A stretch of DNA of 64,000 nt from Diplonema japonicum (lineage: Eukaryota > Protista > Euglenozoa: Diplonemea): contig OZ025743.1 of NCBI GenBank assembly GCA_964019335.1, positions 248,001 through 312,000 on the forward strand, read 5' to 3'. This document shows positions 55,782 through 64,000 of this stretch, piece after piece. A program made the translations under genes and the position numbers. Numbering within the stretch: position 1 is the stretch's first letter; each line of letters begins with the position of its first letter. Under the pieces are notes generated by a model, which worked only from the letters and a program-made list of their open reading frames with translations, searched no databases and was not told the origin of the DNA.

Positions 55782-55826
55782 CTACAACTTCTCGGTCATC
55801 TCGGGCACAGCCTTGAGAGCGTCCTG

Positions 55827-55871
<45 letters not shown>

Positions 55872-56780
55872 CCATACAGCAACAAGCCCGTAGTCAGCCA
55901 GCGCCATAATTGGGGCCTCCTCATCAGTGTTGATGGCAACGATGGTCTTTGAGTCCTTCATGCCGGTGACGTGCTGGATGGCACCGGAGATACCGCAGGC
56001 CACGTACAACTGAGGGGCCACGATCTTCCCGGTCTGACCAACCTGCAGGTCGGAGGCAACCCACTCTGCGTCCACGACAGCACGGGTGGCACCAACAGCC
56101 GCGTTCATCTTCCCTGCAAGGCTTTCAATAAGGTGCCAGTTTGAGGGGTCCTTCATCCCACGGCCTCCTGACACGATAACGTCAGCAGACTGCAAGTCGG
56201 GTTTGTCAGATGATGCGGATGCAGCTGACACAAAGGCGCTCTGCCCGCTCTCAGACGAGGGGATCTCCTCCACTGCCGCGGAACCGCCTTCCGCTGCCGC
56301 CTTGTCGAAGGACGCACCCCTCACAGTCATGATCTTAACCTTGTCGTTGGACTTCACCTTGGTGACAACGTTACCAGCGTAGGTCCCCCTTGTGAAGGTG
56401 TCCTCAGAGTGGATCTCAGCGACGTCGGTCAGAGGCTGTGCATCGAGGAGCGCGCCGAGTCTTGGGGCGACGGACTTGCCCATTGCGCTGGAGGGTGCGA
56501 GGATGTGGGTGAAACCCTCTGCCTTCCCCAGTACCATGTTAGTGATGTTCTCTGCAAGGTCGTGCTCAACGGAGGAGCCCTCTCCGTACAGCACCTTGCT
56601 CACTCCGCTCACCTTGCTGACGGTCTCGGCCGCCGCCTTCCCGGAGACCAGCGCCGTGACGTCTCCGCCGATCTGCTGAGCGGCCGTGAACGCGCTCAGC
56701 GAGGCGGGGGTCACACCCTTGGCGTTCACCTGCGCCAGCACCATCACATTCCCCAGCACTCGTCGGGACCCGCGGAACAT
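55782..56780 (-). CDS. ETFA: Electron transfer flavoprotein alpha subunit; 1 intron (55877-55824)
   Basis: [54 protein letters not shown]. Removing GTATGG-(A)n-TGCAG gives YGLVA|DALKAVPE. Likely start MFRGSRR at 56780. Confidence 0.95.
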
Positions 56781-57288
56781 TTTTGTTTTTTTTTTTTTCT
56801 TCTTCGCTGGATGGGGGGGTTTTTTTTGTTTTTTGTACAAAAAAATGAAAAGGAGTTTCAAAAATGAAAGGGAAAAAAAAAAAAGAAATCATTCGTTGGA
56901 AGAGCATAAAAAAGAACGGGGGGGGGGGGGATGAAAATGAAGGGGGAGAAAAAAAGAGAAACAAAAAACAATGAATTAAGAGGAACAACAGAAGTTCTGT
57001 TGTTTCGTGCTGTTCGTGCCGGAAAGAGAGGGGGGGGGGGGGGGAGAAGAAATTCGATAAAGCTTCTGTGTGCGGGGGGGGGGGGGGGGGTGCTCACTGT
57101 CAAGAAGGGAAGAAAAAAAAGAGGAACTGGCTTTTTGCCTCAGAGAGCCCCCCCCCCCCCCCCCCCCCCAGCACTGTGAAGAAAAAAAAGAAACAAAATC
57201 ATTAATACCTATGAGGGGAGAAAGAGAAAACCCAACACGGGCGCAACAAAAAAAAAAAAAAAAAAAAAAGCTTTAAGATAACCCAAGG

Positions 57289-60200
57289 TCACTCTTTCAG
57301 ACCATTCACGGGTGCCACGTTCACAATCTCCGCAATGGTGAGCCGCTTGCTAATGTACCATTCTCCTGTCGAACCTGCGGGCGTGTAACCATATTGCGCC
57401 TGGCTGCCGTGCCGCCACCTCCAGATGTACGCGTTCCCTCCGCTTGTGAGGGCCACAAGGTTCTTTCCAGCTAGCTTCAGGTCGACGATCCCTTCCGACT
57501 CCAACAGCAGCTTGGTAACCTTATCAGTACACACGATAAGGGAGGACCCTTGGTACACCCATGCTGTGTGCCTACCGCCTTCGGATTTGAGGAGCTTCTC
57601 GCCGAAAGGAGGTAGTTCCTGTGAATCTTCATACACCAGTTGGTCGACATGTGTTCTAGGCGGCCTGCTGGCTGGCTGCACAGGATCGCTCGCAACCCGT
57701 TCCTCAGGGGTGCGGTCCTTCAGTTCCATTGTTTCCGGTCCAAGGCTCACTGTTTCAAATACCCTGTGACCTGACTCCACTGTGAAAACCTGTTTTCCTT
57801 TGTCCCAACCAATGTGGTCAAAAGCCATGTCCACAGGTTCTTTAAGACGGCTCAGGGTGCCGGTCGCTCTGCAGTACACAACAACATCTTGCTGTTTGAG
57901 ATCGTCGCCGCACTCCACCAGCGTGCCTACCAAGCCACCGTCGTGCGAGACACAGATCTTGCGAACAGCGCCTTTTAGGATCGGAGTGGACTTCGGAAGC
58001 TTCATGCATATCAATCCGAAATTGCTGTTGTTGTTGCCATCCATGTGGTAGTACGCCTTGGCAGCGGAAGCGTATGTGTTGAGGACGTTGATTCGTGTTG
58101 TTCCGTCTCCGAAGGCTCTTGTGTATAGGCGTGTGGCGCTTTTTTCCTTCAACAGCCAACAGAAGTTGCTGGTCCTGTGCCGTCCCATTGTGAGAAGTAC
58201 CCTTCCGGACACGACGTGCCGCGGGACGTCTTTCTTCTCCCTGCTGCTTTGGTACATTGGGAACGAATAGATCTCTTCGCACGACAGCGATTCGCGTCCA
58301 TCGCCTAGTTCCCGCACAGCTACCTTGCACACCGTGCACACCCATCGGTTGGCGATGTAGCTCCAAGCAAGCAGCCTATCGCTCATAGGTGTGAGGTACT
58401 CGTACACGGATTTTTGCGTCGCGGGCTCGAGGGACTGTTTCTTCTTGACATCAACAGCGTTGAGTGCACCGTTCTCGAGCCAGTAGATAGCGTTGTCAAC
58501 CAGACAGAGGCTTTTCATAAAAGCGGGCTTGCCTGTCCACTTGCGGCACACAACTGGGCCGTTTTTTGCGGTTGCTGTCAGAAACTCGACGGTGCCACCG
58601 TGCTGCACATAGCACACTTCACCGTGCCTTGTGATCTTTACAAGCTTTCCGTGTGCGCCCAACTCGTACTGTGTCTTGACCGAGTCCCGCGCCACCTCCA
58701 TGATCACTATGTTGCTGTTTGTTTTGTAAGCGACGACGAGAACACGCGAGGCGCCCCTCCTCACTATCCTGCTCAGGAGAGTCGTGCCTGCTGGTATCTG
58801 GTGGTTGTCTGGCAGCGTCACCATGTTATCTCCAAACATTACTCTGTCTGTGTACACCTCAGCCACGATGTCGGTGCCATTGTCATCTGTGAAGGCTGCA
58901 AACGAAAGCAGGTTTTCCCCCACGGGTGTTCCCTGAACTTCGCGTAGATGGAGCCTTCCATCCCGCATGAGGTAAGCCCTTGAGAGGTGCGTTCCTTGCA
59001 ATTCGTCGTTTGTGATGTTCGTTCTGTCGAAGGTGCTGTCCTCAAGGTACGCCCCCTTCACTCTGATCCCTCTGAGGTCCATCCCAGCGAAGCTGTCGTT
59101 CGCAGCCGACAAGATCGTGATCGCCACAGCGGCGGGAACCTTGCACCAAGGTAGTTTCGACAGCTCCACAAGGGAGTACAGCGTGTCCCTGAACCACACC
59201 AGAAGCTTGTTCTCCCCCTTCGTCCTGTTCTTCTTCCTCACCATCTTCGCCAAGAACAGCCTCAAGGTATCAGGGTAGTTCTTCAGGTCCTCCATCAACA
59301 CATTCCACGTCTCCTGCTTCATGCACGCTGCCTTGCATGCCCCGACAAGGTATTTCGAGGCTTCTTCTTCAGTGATGCTAGGGATTGCGCACTTCACCTT
59401 CATCACCATCAGGTTTTTATGCCGTCGAAAGTACGCCCATCTGTTTTCGTTCTGTTCAACAGCGTTCAGGGAAAGACCTGTGTCTGTTTGAGACATGAAA
59501 GAGACGAAGAACTTTGTACAGCAGCGGTTCAGAGGGACTTGCATCAGATTGTCATGGACGGCGATGGCGGTGAAGGCCTCTTGCATCCACTTGTTGTAGA
59601 AGCTGTACACCCTCTCGTTGTCCGCTTCCCAGGCAAACAGGGGTGAGGCCGCGAACAAATCGCGTACCAGCTGAGGGTCTAGCTTGTCGGCGATGCACGC
59701 AGCGTTGCCATAAGGTGCTTGCAGTGAGTGGCCCCGTGTCATGTCGACTGCAAGGAGGGCGTTGTAGCGCATCATAAGGCTGACAAGGTCCCCATCGCTG
59801 ATGGAGGGGTGCTTCGTGTTCAGCTCCTTCAACGACAGTCGGAAGTACTCTTCAAGACACGTTCTCAGTAAGCTGGTGTTTATTTCCTTCTCATTCACGA
59901 TGTTCATCATGTGCCCCGCTCCGTAAGGCTTCATCAAGTAACTATCCAGCTGTGCGAGGATAGCTGTTGCCCTGTTGCTCTCGACCTCTTTCAAGACGTG
60001 GTCGGCTAGCTTGTACATCACCACTTCGTGTGAAGGCTCGTCTGTTTCGTTCGGAAGCATCTTGTGATATGTTTCCCTCACCAGCTTCTTGCCGTCCTCT
60101 GTGACAGGGTTCGCGGTGAGGATGTCGGGGAAGTTCCTTGTGGTCCATTGGCCGCTTGTTTCATCGTAAACGCTGTACGGCACGGACCAAAAGCGGTCCC

Positions 60201-63200
60201 TCGTGTCCTCCTCATGAATAGCTTGTGTGACGGACATAAGCATCGCTAAGGTCATGGTGCACTGTTGTGTTTCGTGATTGTGCTCGATGTATTTGGCAAA
60301 TTTTCGGTACAGCAGAACACTCCTCAGCACTGACCCGATTGACGCGTCGCCTGCGCCGAGCATTCTTGCAACGTCCCCGCGTTCCATGTTGCACATGCCG
60401 TACTCTTCACAAACTCTTTCCTCTCCGTAGTTGTTGTGGACGATGCAAAAACTGCTGTTGCACGCAAACACTTTGTTCAGGGGACACTCCAGAATGGCCG
60501 TGTCCGCAGCTACCAAGATGGTGGGGCCGCCCCATTCGCCAAGCCTGTTCTTCTTCCTCATTGAATCCAGGTGGAACTCCTTGTCGAGGAACGAGTACCC
60601 CACGAGGATCAGCACCAGGTGCACCTTTTTCTGCCCATTGGCGCCCCTCGTCCTCTCTTGAAGTCGCTGCACGTTCCCCATCGTGAAGCCGTGTTGCATC
60701 AGGGCCTCCTCAATAAGGCGTGTCGTTGGCTCCTTCATCGCAGGCAGGAACACATGAAGAGGAAGAAGAAGCACATCAGCGCTTTTGTCTGTAGCATCTT
60801 TGTAATAATCGCACCACAGCTCCTTCTCGACCAGAGACAGGAACCCCCTGCCCCAACAAGTGCCGTCACAGACGAAGCTCGACCCAGTCGGGTGGTCCTT
60901 CATACGCGACACAAAGTGCTTGGGACTGAACGGCTCTACTTTTTCAGAGGCCCCCTTATTCAAAACTCTTATGAAGGAGTACTTGTCACACAGATGGAGG
61001 TCACCACCGCAAGAGGTTCGTGCCTCGTGCAACAGGTCGATGTCGTCGTCCAGCTTCCTGTGCAGCTGGAGGTAGGAGTGGATGTCGCTCACTTCCTTCT
61101 TCATGTCCTGAAGCTGCCTGTCGATCCCTGCCACCCTGTTGAAGATGCTTGCCGTGAGGAGAAGGGTCGTCCCGGCTATCGCATTCAACCCTTCGAGGTT
61201 CGCTGCATACACCTTCACCGCCTTCTGCGCCTCTGTCAGAAGATTGTCGACGTGCTCCTCAGCCTCCTTGTTCGGCACAACCCTTCGAAGCTCCAGAAGC
61301 ATCTCTACTTCCCCCAGCAGCCCCTCCATGTCCTTCTTGTAGGTCTCTTCCTTCGTCCGTAGCGTCATCTTCAGGTACTGCCTCGCCTTCCCAAACACTC
61401 GGCCTGCCTGCTCTAGGTCCCTTCCCCCATTCTCGCTCCTTACTGTGTCCAGCACTTCTTCGCTCATTTCTTTTGCTAGTTTACAGTCCAGCTCCCCGCT
61501 CTCGACCACCTCGTAGCAAGCAAGAACCGCCCTGTGCCGCACACTGGTTCCCTCGTCGCCTCCAGAGGACGCTGTCAGTCCCGCCACAACCCCCTCCACT
61601 CCTGCGGCGATGTCTTTCAGTCCGGTGATCTTCTCTTCGTTGAATATCTTCCCCAGCTTTGCCATCACCTCCTCAGCCTTCAATATCTTCCTGGCCTCTT
61701 TCTGAACCCCTCCCAAGAGCTTGGTCGCCTTCTCAAGAAAGGCTTTCAGATAGCTTGGCGTCTTGCGGTCCCGTTTCAGGAGACCCAGCAAACAGTCCAC
61801 CATCGCCTCCCTCACCTGGCCTGGGAATTGTGTGACCCCTTGCTGTTCCCCTTCCACAGGGATCCTTTGGTAGAGAACCCCGTTGCTGTGGACAAGGCTC
61901 TCAGCTGCCCTCTCCGTTTGCTCCGACGATACGACACGGGAGAACACCAGGAGGTCAGCAAGGGTCCCTACCCACAACGACGCAGGGAGAGCCTTCGTAT
62001 CCTCGGGACACACTTCCTCGTGGATCTTCTTCACGAGGCCCACCAGGTATTCACTTGCTTGCGTCCCGTCACTTGTTGTAAGCGTACTCACCAGAAGCAG
62101 GTACTTCAAACGTTGAGAAAGGGCGTTGCACGTTGCTGCTGTCCTCACCTCTGCTCTTGTGTCCCAAGTGTCGCTGATGTTGAGAAATCCCACGATGCCC
62201 TCCCCAGCTGCTGCAAATGTCTCCGTGTCGAAGCCCATTGTCTTGAGAGCGACAACACCAGAGGCCACTGCAGCAAGGTTGCCGAGAATGCTCTTCCCGA
62301 TAACCCCACCCACCTTGGTGATGATCTCGTGGTCTGTTGCCGACGACGCGTGCATGAACACCTTGTACCTCTCCTTGTTCAGGCTTGTCACGAGTGCCCG
62401 GAATTCATCTAGTTGTTGTCCTGCATCAGAGCCGATGCTGTCTCCTTCGTCGTACATGGCAAGCTGCACCACCAGGGAGGCCACCATACGGTACAGGTGG
62501 ATGTTGTTCATCACCACGATGTCACTTGTATCACTGTCCCCCAACGACTGCCGCAGCGCCCTCAGAAGCTCACACACAGCCACCAACATGTACTCTGCCG
62601 CAAGCTTGCTGCCCCACTGAACCTCGAGCAGTGACGAGAGCTTCACCTCGTTCAGCTTGAACCACTTCACGAAGGTCTGCAATCTTGCAACCCTGTCCCT
62701 TGCCTCCGCGCACTGCGCTACATCTTTTGCCCGGCTCTCCAACCCCCTGAGGAAGGACAGGGTGTCCTTCGTGATGTCTTGCAATCCGTTTCGCGCGGGG
62801 AGCTGGGGCCCTGCACTGAGGACGGCATCGGGGAGAAGTCCGATTGTGGCCAGCACAGCCAGATTGTGTTTGTACAGCTCGAGTGCATGCTGAGACATGT
62901 TTGCCACCTGTGGGTCTGGGTAGGCACCAACCTCGTCCTGCAGTTTCGCGTTGTCGGCGTTGTACTGAGCCTCTGCTTTGATATCTTCTTCGTTTTCTAA
63001 TGTAAATCTGCACTCAGTCTCATTCAGTGGCACCTCCTCTTTGCACCCAGTCCCCTTCAGCAGTATGTTCAAATAGTACTCCGTGTGTCTGAAGGCCTTC
63101 ATCTGCGAAACGAGCAACGCCCCTTCTCCGTCGCTCCTCACAGTGTCCAACACCTCACGGCCCATCATCTCTGCTAGATTGCCGTCCAGCTCCCCGCTCT

Positions 63201-64000
63201 CGATCACCTCGTAGCAGGCAAGAACTGCCCTGTGCCGTATCTTCGCGCTGTTCGCACCGATTGTCCCCAGGAGTGCCGCCACCGTCTCTCTCACACCAAT
63301 CGCTGTCCTCTTTTTCGCCTCCTCGTTCAGGTCGGGGCTTCTCCCCTCTGCCAGCAGTGTTGTCAGTCTGCCAGGTGTCACGCGGCCACGCTTCAGGAGA
63401 TTCACCAAACACGTCACCATCGTCTCCCTCATCTGACCGGGGAACCGCGTGACCCCTTGCTGTTCCCCCAGCATTGGAAGCCTGTGGTACAGAACCCCGT
63501 TGCTGTGTACAAGGCTCTCCTCCCCTGCCTTGTTGCTTGGCTTCGAGACCACGACACGGGAAAACACCAGGAGGTCAGCAAGGGTCCCCGCCCACAAGGA
63601 CGCAGGAAGGGAGAGACTCGTTCCCTCGGGACACACTTGTCCGTGGATCTTCTTCACGAGGCTCACCAGGTGCACGTCAAGAGTAGGTGCTTGCGTCCCG
63701 TCACTTGTTGTAAGCGTACTCACCAGAAGCAGGTACTTCAGACGTTGAGAAAGTGCGTTGCACGTTGCTGCTGTCCTCACCTCTGCTCTTGTGTCCCAAG
63801 TGTCGCTGATGTTGAGAAATCCCACGATGCCCTCCCCAGCTGCTGCAAATGTCTCCGTGTCGAGAGCGACAACACCAGAGGCCACTGCAGCAAGGTTGCC
63901 GAGAATGCTCTTCCCGATAACCCCACCCACCTTGGTGATGATCTCGTGGTCTGTTGCCGACGACGCGTGCATGAACACCTTGTACCTCTCCTTGTTCAGG
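57289..64000 (-). CDS. Large NLR-like protein: repeated helical N-terminal units, degenerate NACHT, pentapeptide repeats, divergent beta-propeller; 5' end outside the window
   Basis: >2229-aa ORF. LVEKELW..Y...LPLHVFLPAMKEP..LIEEAL...GF, FYNKWMQEAFTA and AAVAITILSAANDSFAGMDLRGIRVKGAYL follow the order seen in NACHT-pentapeptide-WD40 proteins. Confidence 0.7.
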   Translation of the reverse strand, partial: LNKERYKVFMHASSATDHEIITKVGGVIGKSILGNLAAVASGVVALDTETFAAAGEGIVGFLNISDTWDTRAEVRTAATCNALSQRLKYLLLVSTLTTSDGTQAPTLDVHLVSLVKKIHGQVCPEGTSLSLPASLWAGTLADLLVFSRVVVSKPSNKAGEESLVHSNGVLYHRLPMLGEQQGVTRFPGQMRETMVTCLVNLLKRGRVTPGRLTTLLAEGRSPDLNEEAKKRTAIGVRETVAALLGTIGANSAKIRHRAVLACYEVIESGELDGNLAEMMGREVLDTVRSDGEGALLVSQMKAFRHTEYYLNILLKGTGCKEEVPLNETECRFTLENEEDIKAEAQYNADNAKLQDEVGAYPDPQVANMSQHALELYKHNLAVLATIGLLPDAVLSAGPQLPARNGLQDITKDTLSFLRGLESRAKDVAQCAEARDRVARLQTFVKWFKLNEVKLSSLLEVQWGSKLAAEYMLVAVCELLRALRQSLGDSDTSDIVVMNNIHLYRMVASLVVQLAMYDEGDSIGSDAGQQLDEFRALVTSLNKERYKVFMHASSATDHEIITKVGGVIGKSILGNLAAVASGVVALKTMGFDTETFAAAGEGIVGFLNISDTWDTRAEVRTAATCNALSQRLKYLLLVSTLTTSDGTQASEYLVGLVKKIHEEVCPEDTKALPASLWVGTLADLLVFSRVVSSEQTERAAESLVHSNGVLYQRIPVEGEQQGVTQFPGQVREAMVDCLLGLLKRDRKTPSYLKAFLEKATKLLGGVQKEARKILKAEEVMAKLGKIFNEEKITGLKDIAAGVEGVVAGLTASSGGDEGTSVRHRAVLACYEVVESGELDCKLAKEMSEEVLDTVRSENGGRDLEQAGRVFGKARQYLKMTLRTKEETYKKDMEGLLGEVEMLLELRRVVPNKEAEEHVDNLLTEAQKAVKVYAANLEGLNAIAGTTLLLTASIFNRVAGIDRQLQDMKKEVSDIHSYLQLHRKLDDDIDLLHEARTSCGGDLHLCDKYSFIRVLNKGASEKVEPFSPKHFVSRMKDHPTGSSFVCDGTCWGRGFLSLVEKELWCDYYKDATDKSADVLLLPLHVFLPAMKEPTTRLIEEALMQHGFTMGNVQRLQERTRGANGQKKVHLVLILVGYSFLDKEFHLDSMRKKNRLGEWGGPTILVAADTAILECPLNKVFACNSSFCIVHNNYGEERVCEEYGMCNMERGDVARMLGAGDASIGSVLRSVLLYRKFAKYIEHNHETQQCTMTLAMLMSVTQAIHEEDTRDRFWSVPYSVYDETSGQWTTRNFPDILTANPVTEDGKKLVRETYHKMLPNETDEPSHEVVMYKLADHVLKEVESNRATAILAQLDSYLMKPYGAGHMMNIVNEKEINTSLLRTCLEEYFRLSLKELNTKHPSISDGDLVSLMMRYNALLAVDMTRGHSLQAPYGNAACIADKLDPQLVRDLFAASPLFAWEADNERVYSFYNKWMQEAFTAIAVHDNLMQVPLNRCCTKFFVSFMSQTDTGLSLNAVEQNENRWAYFRRHKNLMVMKVKCAIPSITEEEASKYLVGACKAACMKQETWNVLMEDLKNYPDTLRLFLAKMVRKKNRTKGENKLLVWFRDTLYSLVELSKLPWCKVPAAVAITILSAANDSFAGMDLRGIRVKGAYLEDSTFDRTNITNDELQGTHLSRAYLMRDGRLHLREVQGTPVGENLLSFAAFTDDNGTDIVAEVYTDRVMFGDNMVTLPDNHQIPAGTTLLSRIVRRGASRVLVVAYKTNSNIVIMEVARDSVKTQYELGAHGKLVKITRHGEVCYVQHGGTVEFLTATAKNGPVVCRKWTGKPAFMKSLCLVDNAIYWLENGALNAVDVKKKQSLEPATQKSVYEYLTPMSDRLLAWSYIANRWVCTVCKVAVRELGDGRESLSCEEIYSFPMYQSSREKKDVPRHVVSGRVLLTMGRHRTSNFCWLLKEKSATRLYTRAFGDGTTRINVLNTYASAAKAYYHMDGNNNSNFGLICMKLPKSTPILKGAVRKICVSHDGGLVGTLVECGDDLKQQDVVVYCRATGTLSRLKEPVDMAFDHIGWDKGKQVFTVESGHRVFETVSLGPETMELKDRTPEERVASDPVQPASRPPRTHVDQLVYEDSQELPPFGEKLLKSEGGRHTAWVYQGSSLIVCTDKVTKLLLESEGIVDLKLAGKNLVALTSGGNAYIWRWRHGSQAQYGYTPAGSTGEWYISKRLTIAEIVNVAPVNGLKE
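61440..64000. repeat. Internal tandem duplication with a ~1.6 kb (~539 aa) period
   Basis: 63961 aligns to 62344 (offset 1617). VFMHASSATDHEIITKVGG...TTSDGTQA is present twice, near-identical apart from a 15-nt indel, and the copies then diverge. Confidence 0.9.

Overview
Eukaryotic DNA: short GT-AG introns, a ubiquitin-L40 fusion gene, and every credible gene on the minus strand, which suggests a euglenozoan such as a diplonemid (inference). The first 44 kb is one uninterrupted, intronless minus-strand ORF. It starts at ATG 44263 and runs off the left edge (at least 14,754 codons); the ORF track misses it because it has no stop inside the window. It encodes a giant bacterial-style hybrid assembly line: degenerate FAAL, ACP, KS with all three catalytic residues lost, AT, KR, ACP, then at least 12 C-A-T NRPS modules. 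Four types of adenylation (A) domain recur as near-identical copies between condensation (C) domains that are all different. The right 20 kb holds an unknown 655-aa protein, a possible LINE remnant, nested MITE-like and fold-back elements, a coiled-coil protein, PCCA, UBA52 and ETFA (all with tiny poly(A) introns), and a large NACHT-pentapeptide-propeller (NLR-like) gene with eroded Walker motifs. Domain boundaries come from manual translation and are approximate.
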